From Tetramitus jugosus (lineage: Eukaryota > Protista > Heterolobosea): 64,000 nt of DNA. The stretch covers positions 248,001 through 312,000 of the forward strand of contig OW569365.1 in the NCBI GenBank assembly GCA_937625935.1, given 5' to 3'. This document shows, one piece after another, positions 26,301 to 38,483 of this stretch; positions within the stretch are counted from its first letter, which is position 1; each line of letters begins with the position of its first letter. Below the pieces are notes generated by a model. That model saw only the letters and a list, made by a program, of their open reading frames with translations, was not told the origin of the DNA and did not search any database. A program made the translations under genes and the position numbers.

Positions 26301-29300
26301 GATTATGCAGCTCTTTATTATTGCCGATATCAAACCAAGACAGAGTATTGGAAGAACGTATGGGAGGACTCGATAGGAACCCTATCGACAGCAAATTGCT
26401 ACGAGCTTCGGATCCTAACTGTGCCTTCAAAGAGGGATGTCTTTCGTGTCCAATAGTTCATACGATTCGCTTCAAGTTGCACCGTCGTCTTCAAACTGAC
26501 CTCGCAATGAGAACATTGGTTTCGACGGTGTTCCATCCATTTGTTGTGAGTAATAGAACGAATGTGTTTGTGTATCGAGAGAGGAACGGACATGTGTTTT
26601 ATATGCGACTGTCTGACCAAAAGCAAAATCAAAGCTCTAAAGCTGAACAGGAAGATACTCAACATGGGGAAATTGATACCATATCAGACACTCTATCAGC
26701 ATCTAGGAACTATTCTCTGTCGTCTGCAACCATGGGACAGTATCTGATCGCAAATCTCAATATTAACAATACGAAACAACCATCGTTGATTCTGGAAGTT
26801 TATGGAGTCAATGTTCCAAGTGCTGAGATCACAAATCAATTGCAAAACTTGATGGAATCAAAGATATCAGCAATGACACTCAGTATTATCTCTAACCTAC
26901 TCCTCAGAAATACTCAGTACAAGTTAAATATCGAAGACTTGGAGTTTATTAGGCCTTCTACCAAAAGACCCGAGAAAGCAGTGATCATCGATATCCCACC
27001 AATCATCAATAACATGCTTTTATATTTGCTGATTGCAAGAGAAAATCTTCAGGAATACTTGAATAGGCTCTACCTGACCAATGGTTCTATTGCTACTCCT
27101 GCTACACTTTCGAATAGTCAGCCTCTCACAGAAGAAAACAATGACCTCTCATCGGGTCACTCTCAGGTTGAAGATGATGGAAATACTCTTGCATTTAAGG
27201 CATTAGAATTTGCCTTCTTGTATAACTCAGTTCCACAGACATATACAAGATCAATCTCTTCGCCTGCTATTTGCAAAGGTATTTCATGCATACAGTTCAC
27301 AGTGCTCAACTCCCAAAACAAAATGGTTCGACTATTTAAACCTGATGAACTCGATGCTGAAATTTCAACACCAGATAGTTTATCGACTTGGAGTCTATTA
27401 CAAGCCAAGCCATGCAACCTACCATACAACTCTCTGGGATACATAGAATTGGAGAGTGAGGACTTGTCCGGTGAAGAAACGTCTGATGAAGAACTGGACA
27501 ATGAATCATTTGAAGAGCTAGATCAAATTCCAAGAAAAGTCAAATCCAAACCAGTAACTGACTCTAGCTCCTCTCCGCGACAACTCCTGATTGAGATGTG
27601 GAGAAATGGTGACATTGACTTGCAAGCATTGCTCGATAGGATTGTACTCACCTTGAATCAAGCAGTATCAGACTACATATTTGAAGAAAAACTGCTTCGT
27701 CCACCGATTGAACTTGTTTCATATCGAGAGCGATTCTTGATGCCATATCAATTGGCATGTCGAAGAGCGCGACAAGTTAGATCACAGTCGACACATGAGT
27801 ACAGACAATCCACGTTTCTGCCAGTGTGGGAGATGGATAGATTCTTATCAAAACTTATTGACTTGCTTAACCACAAAGCTCACATGCATCCAATTATACT
27901 ATCGAGCATCGATGGAAAAGCCACCTCCTTCCAAGTGTATGATAAGGTGATGAAGAGTAAAATTGCTCACAGTGTCGGTAGCAACAGTATCTGCTTCAGC
28001 ATCATTGGTGGTCTAGTGAGTATCGCAGATGGTGACAAACTAGTGAGCTCTGTTACGAATCCATCAGACTACAAGAGTATTGTTTCTCATGCTCAAGCCT
28101 CTTACAAGAAATCAAGATATCAATATCAACGAAACTGTGCAATCATGATTACGGTGACTAACGTCGAAGTGCTTGCTTTTGCTTATAATTGGAAGACTGC
28201 AGATTTTGACAAATTCAAAATGTCTCTCAGTAAGTTGATATCTTGGACAACATGCAGAGTTCTGCTCCTGAACTCTATTCTTCATCAGAAGATGGGTCTA
28301 TTCTATCACAGCAAATCTAAAAATTTGACACATTTCGAGGATGATTCTCAAAAGGAAGATGTCAAACTTACTTTTAGTAACATTGACATTCTGATATACA
28401 ATCAACCAGAACCAAGAAAACAGTCACATCAGCAGCAACAACAACAACCGACAACAACTATCCAACCTCCTGTGAACCCCAATCAACAAATGATTGCCTA
28501 TGGAAAGAATGGTATTCCAAATAGATTTGCAAAGAACAATCCTATGGTCATGCAACAACAACAAAAGAGAAGCGAGCCGCCTGTCATCCAAACGAAACAA
28601 AAATCATCTCGATTAGATGTTCAATCATCTCCCTCCTCTAGATCTGCCAAGAAGTCCTCATCACGCTCCTTGAAGGTCACTAAACACTTTGGTTTCTTAT
28701 TGCGTGGGATACAAGACACCTCTCAAAGCAACTCCATTAATCCAAAGGTGCAACTAGCGGCCGAACAGAAATATGATCCTCTCTTATCTCACGGCAATGC
28801 ATTCAAGAATATTGTACACAGGAATCAAAGACAACTGCAGGAGAAGCATCATTTGGCACACATTTACTCTCGATGGAACAATACACAAGCATCTGAGGCG
28901 ACATCACAACTTTTACCCTCTGACTATCAGCTAATCAAGAACAACAGTAGGTTGTTCCACTACTGCCGAGTTCCTCTCTTCTTCAATCCCTTGAGAAGAG
29001 TGCTCTTTAATCCTCAGTTCTCAACGAATAGTGCTGTACTGTACAACAAGAGCAAGTCTATTGACTCTACAGGAATGGCAAACATGAGAGAGATTGGACA
29101 TCACAAGAAAGTATTCGAAAGTTTTTTGGGTGAATATGTGATATATATTGACTCTTTGGGAGTCAATGGCGTGCACGTGTATTCTGAGACCAACGAAGAC
29201 AATAGCAGCTCTTCATCTGGTGCTGGGCACGCGGACAATGGACCAACACGATCTGCGAGATCAAATAGTCAGAAGAGACCAACGAGCAGTGAGTCATCAT

Positions 29301-30619
29301 CCTCTCAAAGATCAGCTCCAAAGTCAAAACATATCTCAAAATCCAATGATCTCATCCATAAGCCTCGACCTCTCATTCAAATTGATGAGGATATTTTCCA
29401 ACTACCACCAACAACCGTCTACTTCCAAAAGTCTATGAATGGTGGTACGCTCTTTATGGAATTGGGATTGGATTCAATTTATGCCTATCTGAATGTCTAT
29501 ATATCCGATCCACCGGTACTTAGTTTGAATTCTGAATTGTATGACTCTCGATCGACATTCATGGAGAAGGCAGCTCAATTTAAGCATCAACTCCATATGA
29601 ACTCGTTCGCATACGATTTCCACATTCGAAACTTCCACAATTACATTAACAATGAGCAAGCAGAGTATCCGACAAACTTGAACTTTATCGATCTGATCAA
29701 TGACTACATTCAGTTCTATCCAAACACTCCAATCTATTCTCGCAATGTTCTCAAGCAACATTCGGTACCAATCAGCAACGTGAATGACTTACTGGAACTG
29801 AGCGAACAAACACAAGAGAGAACAACTGGTAGTCCTTATCAAGGCTTTTTCGACTATATTTGTGCCCACGCAAATCGTTATGGAATACTGTGCACCAAGA
29901 AATTGAAAAATTGTTTCATACTTGAGAGATTCAAGCCACAACGTGATATCACATCGAACAACAGAGAGCTCTATTCTTATTCAATCATTGCCTTGATTGA
30001 TAATGAATCACCTGAGTTGACAATACGACTCTATGTCATCTATGTGAATACATCCACATCGCAACCATATACAACAAAGACGGCTGGATCAAAGAGCAGT
30101 GTCGAGTCCTCTGTTCAACACATTCTCGACGAATGTGAACAAAAGTTGAAACAAGTGTTGGTTCAAGCCAAGAATGACTACAGACTTGATACTCTATGGA
30201 ACATGGCCTTGACGTTCAAGCTGAATGAATCTTCTCTTGATCAATTGAAGAGAATATGTCATCGACTGCCATTGAAGCACATTGATCGAAGCTTGGACTG
30301 CTTTGATAGTGTGTACGCTCCGTGGGCCAACATCTTGTCTGAACTGTGGACCACGTATGGTCACTCAACATGTGGTAGTATATTCAAACAAGACGGGTCA
30401 TGTCAATACCTGCATATCAGATGTCCTCAAAACAGTGACATATTGATTCATCTGGAGTTCAGAGTTTTTGAGAATCATGTGAGAGTCTACCTGTTCCGCA
30501 AGAATCGTCTGACCAACATGGAACGAAGCTGTACAGAACTGGAAGCTGACTTTATTAGTGAGTTTGTGAATCACGTATGTTCCATGCTCTGGAGAATGTG
30601 TCTCTGGCGAAGCTCTTGA
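18686..30619 (+). CDS. SZT2: SZT2-like giant scaffold (KICSTOR subunit), 3977 aa, apparently intronless
   Basis: Size; vWA-like LVLSVDISPSMASVD; RIKQGF and RLREGY motifs; SILHQKMGLF; LHMNSFAYDFHIR. The N-terminal ~600 aa are low complexity, so the start is uncertain. Confidence 0.8.
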
Positions 30620-30965
30620 TTTTCCGCATTCGAAGTTGGCCAATAAAAATAATAATCCGTAAAACACATCACCCGTCGAAGGAAAAAAACAAGTCAACCA
30701 TAAAAACTCCATCACACACTCAAAATTCACGGATCACCAAGAAGAACACTCCACTTGCTTCTCAACGTTGCACTTGCCAACAACAAACAAACCAACAAAC
30801 GTCATCAACCACCATTATCATCCAACATTATCTTACTACAAAGCATAGAACACACTGATTTAAAGAAGAAGCAAACTACTTTCAACTACCCCCTCCTCCT
30901 TCTACCTCCCCAACCACACAACCAATCACCCAATCAAACACACAATCACCTTTTTTTTTGTGTCG

Positions 30966-32384
30966 ATGAGCAGCAGTGAAAAACAACAACCAACAACAAC
31001 GACAATTTCACTTCAACAACAGATTCATCCAAGAATCGAGTTTGAAAAGTCTATTCTCTTCCGTAAAAAGGACTGTCCCACAGACTTTATCTACTTTAAG
31101 AGGGACACTGACACTCGAAAGAGAAAAACAGAGGGCATCCCAAAAAAAGTATTGACAGTGGACATTTCACATCCAGAATTTCCACCTCAATACTATAGTC
31201 AGACATCCTCCATCATCAAACCCACTCACTTTTCAGTTGTTCTCATTTGTCAACAACAGTGTGCCAACAACACTAGACAAATACTAAAGGCACGTGATCA
31301 CATTTTCCTTCATCCCAATCAGACCACCAGAGACGTTCCATTCAATATCCCACTTGCAAAGGGCAAGATTAGAAACAGAGAATTCATCTTTGTGGGAGTG
31401 GATCATGACACTGGAATGGTGTTTCCAATGGAATGGAAGTTGCATGATGATGCATCCTATTACTCTGGTTTCTTTAAGGTGTTGAGTAGAAACACGAGAG
31501 GTGAAGGTGTTCAGAAACAAGTGGATCAAGGCCTCTCTGTGATGACTGATGAATTGTGGAAGTGTATCACTAGAGTGGCCACTGAGAGGGACTCACCCAT
31601 GATTCCACAATTGTCATCTCCACAATCCTCATCACCATTGCCATTGCCATCATCATTGAAGAGAGAATGGAAACAAGTAGATGGGGATGATGATAAAGTC
31701 AACAACAACAACAAGAGAAGAAGAAGAAGTGAAGAACCACCCGTTTGTTCTTCACCTACGATTGCCGTCACCTCTCCTGTTGGTGTTACTGTTGTCATGG
31801 AATCATCATCATCATCATCCCCTTTTAGTCCCACAGATTGTTCCACCTCTTATTCACCACTCTCATCACCCATTCTCATGTTTGACAATGATGAATTGGA
31901 TGTATCAGGTGCTTTGAGTGTATTGAATGAAGTCATGTCATGCGCTGATGAAGAATTGTTGCCCATTGATCCATTCATGAGTCAATTCTTGGAAGATCAT
32001 GATTCATTTGAGTTGCCATCATCATCATCTACAGCTACAGCTACTGCCTCACCTCTGATTGGCTGTGATTCCATGATGAACATGTCTCAAATGATGATGA
32101 ACAATGTCTGCATGACCCATACTCCTACCACTACTACTCCTACTATTACTCCTGCTACAAATACTCTTGCCACACTTAATGGTGTCACTGAGGACTACTT
32201 TGTCGCTACAAATTCTGCTGCCTGTGCTGAGTTTGATTTCCTGCTGTTCAACAATTGTTCATTTTCAATTGAAGAACAGCCATTGAGTGAAATCAGTGTC
32301 TCTCCTGCTGTGATGAGACCCGGCCTGAGCAGTGTTGTCAATCTTTCCCATCAATCGCCTTTCTTCTCAGCCCTAGAATGTTAA
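30966..32384 (+). CDS. Hypothetical protein with transcription-factor-like layout
   Basis: 472-aa ORF with a globular N-terminal ~200 aa, KRRRR NLS-like motif, and Ser/Pro-rich and acidic-hydrophobic C-terminus. Confidence 0.65.
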   Translation: MSSSEKQQPTTTTISLQQQIHPRIEFEKSILFRKKDCPTDFIYFKRDTDTRKRKTEGIPKKVLTVDISHPEFPPQYYSQTSSIIKPTHFSVVLICQQQCANNTRQILKARDHIFLHPNQTTRDVPFNIPLAKGKIRNREFIFVGVDHDTGMVFPMEWKLHDDASYYSGFFKVLSRNTRGEGVQKQVDQGLSVMTDELWKCITRVATERDSPMIPQLSSPQSSSPLPLPSSLKREWKQVDGDDDKVNNNNKRRRRSEEPPVCSSPTIAVTSPVGVTVVMESSSSSSPFSPTDCSTSYSPLSSPILMFDNDELDVSGALSVLNEVMSCADEELLPIDPFMSQFLEDHDSFELPSSSSTATATASPLIGCDSMMNMSQMMMNNVCMTHTPTTTTPTITPATNTLATLNGVTEDYFVATNSAACAEFDFLLFNNCSFSIEEQPLSEISVSPAVMRPGLSSVVNLSHQSPFFSALEC

Positions 32385-32648
32385 CGTTTTTTTCGGATTC
32401 TGGCCTGAGATTGAAACGATGTAGATTGCGAATCTTGTATCGCTTGACAAGTGAAACACAGTCTCTCTTTTGATTTTACACCAACAATTAATGTGTGCGC
32501 GAGCATGTATGTGAGTGAGATGTATATATCTTTCTACCACACTACCTGTGAATAAATATTTGAACACGCTTTTTTTCAAAAATGGAACATTGTTGTTGCG
32601 GTTGTTTATTGTTTGTGAGTTTCAATTGATCCCAAAAATGAGTCACAC

Positions 32649-34127
32649 TTAGTTAAGAGATGCACTATTATGGTCTTGATCAAATGGCAACAGTGTCATG
32701 CGAGGTAGAGCAGTGGTTCGAATGAATTGTGCCTTGGCTTGCCACAGGTCCAAGAACACTCTGTACTTTGTGGTGCCTTCCAAGTAGTCGACACCAGAGG
32801 ATCCACCAGTTCCTGTTCTGCGACCAATCATGCGCTCCACCATGCGCACATGTCTCGTTCTCCACAGGAGGAAAGCCTCTTCGAACGCAACGAGATCATC
32901 CAACAGATTGGCGTACGTGGAAATCTCTGGCTGTTGTCTGTAGCACATGATGAACATGATGGCCAATCTTCGACGTCTCACATGTTCCTGCAAGTGTTGC
33001 TTGCAAATGTCAGGAATGTCAGTTGTTGTTGTTGTTGTTGTTGTCGTAGTCTTTGCAGTAGTCATCGTAGAATTGGCATGAGGACAAGTGACAACAGGCA
33101 CACCGATACCACCACTAGTCACATCTTCATCATGTGACTCGCCGTTCAAGAATGGTGACACCTGTTGCATCTCCTTTTGCACAGCTTCATCAATCTTGTC
33201 ACTGTCCACGTGCCACAGTGCCTTTTGGAATCTCAGATTCTCCAATTTTTTGTCCATGAACACTGGCAGGAATGAGGAGGGCACTCTGTCGGCAACCTTG
33301 TTGTCCAACCACCGATAGACAATATCCTTGATGGACGGTTGTGTTTGACGCTGTTGAATATTGTGCAGTCCTCTCGTGTCATGCTTCAACGGATCTGTAT
33401 AGTGCTGATAGGAACAGCCAACACGTTGATTGTCCTTGAGTCCCAACACGAGTTCCATCTCTCTCATTTGAACACTTTGGAAACCACTGGCCGGACCAAT
33501 GTAATCACGGAATTCTAAAAAGTCAGCAGGATGCATACTCTCCAATATATCAAACGTACCGAGTGAGTATCTCATGATACTGTCTGCTCGTTTGATTCGA
33601 TCAGAGCACACTTGCATGCACTCTAGTACAAATTGCTTATTGTTGATACTCTTGTAATTGTCAGTGTTGTTGTTGTTATTTTCACTCATGGTATGGTGAT
33701 GAATTTGATTCAACATGGACACAGAGGAATCAATGGACATGAGTTTGCACAGAATGAGACGAACACTGTTCAATTCGTGCAATATTTGTTTGAACCACAG
33801 TTCAAATGACTGATGAACAACAATAAACAAGTGTTCGTCATGATGATGGAGACCTCCCTTGGTAGCACTGCCCTGCAATGACAAGAGTGCATCTGTTTCA
33901 ATATAGTGAGAATAAGTGACCTCTGTTCCCTTGACTTGCTCTACTGTTAATCTCTTTTTAGTGTTGTACAGCCAGTCATCTTCATCATCAACTGCTGCTG
34001 CTGCTTGTTGTTGTTCTGCTCCATGTGCTCCATTTGTTTGTTGTTGTTGTTGTTCTGTTGTTGGATGATTGACAAGTGGCAATGGTTGTTCTTGTTGAAG
34101 ATGATGTTGTTCATTGATTGGATCCAT
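32649..34127 (-). CDS. TDO2: Tryptophan 2,3-dioxygenase
   Basis: HHDEHLFIVVHQSFELWFKQ, FLEFRDYIGPASGFQSVQ, WRTRHVRMVERMIGRRTGTGGSSGVDYL. Confidence 0.95.
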   Translation of the reverse strand: MDPINEQHHLQQEQPLPLVNHPTTEQQQQQTNGAHGAEQQQAAAAVDDEDDWLYNTKKRLTVEQVKGTEVTYSHYIETDALLSLQGSATKGGLHHHDEHLFIVVHQSFELWFKQILHELNSVRLILCKLMSIDSSVSMLNQIHHHTMSENNNNNTDNYKSINNKQFVLECMQVCSDRIKRADSIMRYSLGTFDILESMHPADFLEFRDYIGPASGFQSVQMREMELVLGLKDNQRVGCSYQHYTDPLKHDTRGLHNIQQRQTQPSIKDIVYRWLDNKVADRVPSSFLPVFMDKKLENLRFQKALWHVDSDKIDEAVQKEMQQVSPFLNGESHDEDVTSGGIGVPVVTCPHANSTMTTAKTTTTTTTTTTDIPDICKQHLQEHVRRRRLAIMFIMCYRQQPEISTYANLLDDLVAFEEAFLLWRTRHVRMVERMIGRRTGTGGSSGVDYLEGTTKYRVFLDLWQAKAQFIRTTALPRMTLLPFDQDHNSASLN

Positions 34128-34558
34128 GGTGTCAATTGGTGTGAATAGTCAATAGCTGGACTCAGTGAGTTGATGTGTGTGTCTTTGTTTTCTTTAGTAG
34201 ACTCGAGAGTGGCGAGGAAAAGTTGAAATGGAATTGACGCGGACATTAGCCTTCTTTGAATTTGGTTGTCGTGAAAACCTAATCTGACGCCCCAATCAAA
34301 TTTCCTTTCCCCGAAAATGAACAGAACCACAGGCAACACGTTCAGAATGGCAATCGCGACCTTGTGACCAAAGTGTGATTTCAATGAACAGCTGACAAAA
34401 ACTTGGTCAAGCTGGCAAGTCTTCCATCAAAGTTTTCATTTCTTTAACTGGAAGTTTGTTCCCTCTCTGCAAAGTCTCCTTTTCGGATAAAATCGGAGTA
34501 TTCATCGATGTTGTAAACTATAAAAAGATGCATTTTTGATCAAGGAAAAAAAACAAAC

Positions 34559-36481
34559 ATGAGCAAGAGAGCCATTGTGGGTGCCACGGTTCAGGGCACA
34601 CATGATTTTATTCACAAGAAATTTGTCAATTCTCATTTATTGGCCTACCTTCAACAACAACAACAACAACAAAAACCATCATCACCACTCAGCAACAATA
34701 CAATCAACAATAACAACAATAACAATACAAACAATAACAATAACAACAACATATCATCATCATGGTGTTCCAGTATTCTAGGATTTGGTGGCTATAGAGT
34801 AGGATTGAATCAATCCAGTCATCAATATGCACTCCAGACAGCCATTCAATCCGGTGTCAATCTCATTGACACGAGCAACAATTACATGGACAATGAATCA
34901 GAGTACATGATTGGTACAGTGCTGAGTGGAATGATGGAACAAGGAATGATTCATCGAGAGAATTTGATTGTCAAGAGTAAACTTGGCTATATTCAGGGAC
35001 CACTGCTACAGCAATATCAATTGGAAGAAGAGATGAACAGTGGTGATGATCACTACTCAAAAAATGAATTCTCAAAAGTGTTTAATCACTTTCATTGGCA
35101 CTGCATCTCACCAGCATTTCTATCGAGAGAGTTGAGTCGATCACTCAAGAGACTCCAGTTGAACACGTTGGACGTACTGTACTTGCACAATCCAGAATAC
35201 ATGTATCATCATCATCATCAAAATCATCATCAAAATCAAAATCATCAAAATCATGACTCTTCTCAACAATCATCACTCGAGTGGATGAGCAAAGAAGTGA
35301 GAAGACAGTATCAAACAGAGTTTTATGACAAGATTAGAAGAGCGTTTGAACATTTGGAGCATGAAGTAGAGAAGGGCAGGATACAGTGTTACGGTATCAG
35401 TAGTAATCAATGGATTATGGATCATAGTGATGATGGTGATGATGGTGACTCATTTGGTAAGATTTCAATCAAAAAGTGTTTGGAAATTGCTCAACAAGTG
35501 GTATCTTCATCATCATCATCATCACTAATAGATAATAGTGGTAATAATAATAATAATAAGAAGCATAGCAGTCATCATTTCAAGTACATTCAAATGCCGT
35601 GCAACATTCAAGAGAATGATCACGAATTGGCCCACTATGCAAGAATGAATGACTTGAAAGTGGTTGGTAATCGACCATTCAATTCCATTCAATCACTGTC
35701 CATGTCACCACCCTCCTCACTCAAGTCCAAAGCTCACAACAACATGTATCGATTTGTTGATTTGCCCTCGGATGGTAGCAGCAGTAGTGGTAGCAGTAGT
35801 AGTAGTAGTAGTGTTGTTGCCAAGACAATAACCCAACTGGATCAAGAGAATAATGAAGCACTGCAAGAGTGGACTCAATTGATCAATCAAACCATTTATT
35901 TGGAGTTGAACACTCCATTTGATCGCAACACACTATCCGATATGCCTTCTGCGGCAGAATCAGATGCCAATGCAATGCCACATCGTTCCGGTGTCTCCTG
36001 GGGTCAAATACTGGCTGCCAACGTGGATCAATTGGACTCTGTCTTCTCATTCAGAGAGACTCTCAACAATAGAATTAGACCAGAAGTTGCCTATGCATTG
36101 TCACGGTTGAGACGACATCCACAATTGGGAGACAAGTGTGCCTCATGGGCCGCTCAGTACAATTATCTCTTGAACAACATGTTGACTGCATATGACAAGT
36201 ACTTGTGTACGAGACATGCAGCACAGGCACAACATGTCAAGAATCAAATGGATGAAATTTGTCCCGATCTGGCCTCTTCTCACTCACTGTCTCAGAGAGT
36301 GTGTCGCGTATTGTGCTCCTCTGGTGATGTGGACTCTCTGCTCGTTGGTATGAGAAGTATCGATTATGTGAGAGATGTGTGCCAAATGGGACCGCCCATT
36401 GACTCACAACAAGCCCGGCAAATCATGCACACTGTACGATGGCCTGCAACTGAGGTTACCTATTCAAAGAACGATGCCTAG
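34559..36481 (+). CDS. Aldo/keto reductase family protein with C-terminal helical extension
   Basis: LGFGGYRV, GVNLIDTSNNY, SKLGY, SLKRLQLNTLDVLYLHNPE, GRIQCYGISSN, LVGMRS. Confidence 0.85.
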   Translation: MSKRAIVGATVQGTHDFIHKKFVNSHLLAYLQQQQQQQKPSSPLSNNTINNNNNNNTNNNNNNNISSSWCSSILGFGGYRVGLNQSSHQYALQTAIQSGVNLIDTSNNYMDNESEYMIGTVLSGMMEQGMIHRENLIVKSKLGYIQGPLLQQYQLEEEMNSGDDHYSKNEFSKVFNHFHWHCISPAFLSRELSRSLKRLQLNTLDVLYLHNPEYMYHHHHQNHHQNQNHQNHDSSQQSSLEWMSKEVRRQYQTEFYDKIRRAFEHLEHEVEKGRIQCYGISSNQWIMDHSDDGDDGDSFGKISIKKCLEIAQQVVSSSSSSSLIDNSGNNNNNKKHSSHHFKYIQMPCNIQENDHELAHYARMNDLKVVGNRPFNSIQSLSMSPPSSLKSKAHNNMYRFVDLPSDGSSSSGSSSSSSSVVAKTITQLDQENNEALQEWTQLINQTIYLELNTPFDRNTLSDMPSAAESDANAMPHRSGVSWGQILAANVDQLDSVFSFRETLNNRIRPEVAYALSRLRRHPQLGDKCASWAAQYNYLLNNMLTAYDKYLCTRHAAQAQHVKNQMDEICPDLASSHSLSQRVCRVLCSSGDVDSLLVGMRSIDYVRDVCQMGPPIDSQQARQIMHTVRWPATEVTYSKNDA

Positions 36482-36552
36482 TAGTGTCACATGACCTGCA
36501 CCTTTATATTTGAGGAATGCAATTAAAGTGTTTGTTCTGGCTTCGTCCAATA

Positions 36553-38454
36553 TCATTCAATACCCTTCAAATTCGATAACCACTCATGTTCATCATCGAA
36601 TGAGTTCTCTCTCTCTGTGGTTGCGAAATTAGGAGATAGAGTCACATTCCTAGGTCTATGATGAGTTCTGTTTGCTCCTTGAGGATGTAGGCCATTGTTT
36701 GTTGTTCCATTTTTCAGAATGGGTGATAGTTTGGAAATATCCAGAGTCGAAGTAGCTCTGTCTTGCTTGAGATCAAACTTTTTCTCGTTGTGAGTTACAA
36801 CTCCTGCTTGATTTTCGACTCTGAGACTCCATGAATTCCTTAGGTCGCAATGATTTGGTGTGAGGTGTTTGTCTGGCCTGCAGTAGTGTATATTTTCGAT
36901 CTTCCTTGTTTCTTTGAGGATGAGACCATGGGGCCGGTCTGGTGGTGAAGTCTTGGAAGCCTGTTCCATGATGAACTGGGTTTCTGTGGGTGGAGGTGTT
37001 GTCTGAATGAGTGGTAGCATATCTCTTGTTGTCAGAGGAGAAGATTCCTTAGAATGGCATGTTTGTCTTAAATGAGATGGAGAGCTCTTGTCGATGTCTG
37101 CTTCGAACATTTCCATGTCCAAAGTACTAAAATTCTTGTCCGCCAGCGACAAGTTCCGAATTGGAGTCATTGTGAGTGATGATACTCCATCACTATTGAG
37201 GTGGTGATTTAGATTTTGATTCTTGAGAGTATTAAGCCCACCCCCACAACACTCATCTACGGCTTCAATGGAGCTTTGACTCATGTTCTTTGAAAAAGGC
37301 ATATGAGAACCAATACATCCATTTGATGGAGTAGGAACTGAAGGTGAAAGCTTCTTCACTTCCTCATCATCAAAGTTCAACTTCCTCCCAATCAAGAAGG
37401 TCGATGAATGTGAAGGCGAGGGAGTAGACGACATAGATTTAGGCCCTCTTCCTCTCTTTCCTGTATCTTCACTATGAATGCAAGTATCATTGGTATCCTC
37501 CTCGTCAGGTACTACAGTCGAGGGAAGAATAAGTTGTGGATACTTTGGATTCGCTCTAGTATGCATTTGACTTGCAATTGTATCGTTACAATCATCAAAC
37601 TTGGATGGTTTCAACAAGATGTCATTTGTTTGGTATAAACTATTCTCTCTCTCTGACAATGACTGTTTGAGTTCTCGATGCTGTTGTGGTGGTCTATCGG
37701 TCTTTCTTTCCTTTTGAATATCCTTCTCCAATTCTTCAATGGCCACCTTTATTCTCTTCACATCTTTTTGAATCTTGTTCATCTTTTCTCCTTGCTCTCT
37801 ATTAATGATACATGTCTGAAGTTGGTGCTCAAAGTATTCAAGAAGTCTCTGGAGTGCTCGAAGCTCTACGTCTTGTTTAGTGGTTTGTGCTACAGCAACT
37901 GTTCTCGGTATCACCGGCGTTCTATTATGATTCTTGCCATTGTTCCTATCAAAGTAGATGACTCGTTGGTGATCGTCAGTCTTTGATGGCTTCAGAATAG
38001 ACTTGGAATAGGGAGTCATCATTTCACTGTGCTTTTCAATCTGATTCAATATTCGTTTCATGAAATCATTACTCTCTTGCTTCCACTGCTGCTTTCTTCT
38101 TGTTCTTTCATTGTCGATCATTGTCTGATATCTCTGCTTTTGACTCCAAAGGTTTTCATACCAATGACTTAACAATTGATAGCACTTTGCTTGTGTTTGA
38201 CTGTCATCCGTCGTACGATCCTTGTTAGTAGTAGCAGTAGTAGTAATAGAGGTAGAATGCTGTTGTAGTTGATGATGCATATGAGAAAAGAAGAGAGTCA
38301 AATCGTTGCTCATCTGTTGCAATAAATGAGTCCACGAGGTCATGAAAAGAGCTTCTGATTTGGTGATTGATAGCTCTAAATGATGGAACATATGGTTTAA
38401 AGAAGCAGATGCACTCTCTAATCCTTGCACTTCATGATGAAGTAGAGACGTCAT
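36553..38454 (-). CDS. Hypothetical 633-aa protein (N-terminal coiled coil, disordered S/TP-rich C-terminus)
   Basis: Long ORF with a heptad-rich N-terminal half. No family recognised. Confidence 0.65.
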   Translation of the reverse strand: MTSLLHHEVQGLESASASLNHMFHHLELSITKSEALFMTSWTHLLQQMSNDLTLFFSHMHHQLQQHSTSITTTATTNKDRTTDDSQTQAKCYQLLSHWYENLWSQKQRYQTMIDNERTRRKQQWKQESNDFMKRILNQIEKHSEMMTPYSKSILKPSKTDDHQRVIYFDRNNGKNHNRTPVIPRTVAVAQTTKQDVELRALQRLLEYFEHQLQTCIINREQGEKMNKIQKDVKRIKVAIEELEKDIQKERKTDRPPQQHRELKQSLSERENSLYQTNDILLKPSKFDDCNDTIASQMHTRANPKYPQLILPSTVVPDEEDTNDTCIHSEDTGKRGRGPKSMSSTPSPSHSSTFLIGRKLNFDDEEVKKLSPSVPTPSNGCIGSHMPFSKNMSQSSIEAVDECCGGGLNTLKNQNLNHHLNSDGVSSLTMTPIRNLSLADKNFSTLDMEMFEADIDKSSPSHLRQTCHSKESSPLTTRDMLPLIQTTPPPTETQFIMEQASKTSPPDRPHGLILKETRKIENIHYCRPDKHLTPNHCDLRNSWSLRVENQAGVVTHNEKKFDLKQDRATSTLDISKLSPILKNGTTNNGLHPQGANRTHHRPRNVTLSPNFATTERENSFDDEHEWLSNLKGIE

Positions 38455-38474
38455 TTAGTGTTCGGTTGGTTTTG

Positions 38475-38483
38475 GGCGGGAAA
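38475..38483 (-). promoter_or_regulatory. E2F consensus TTTCCCGCC
   Basis: GGCGGGAAA on the + strand, 20 bp upstream of the minus-strand ATG at 38454. Confidence 0.45.
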
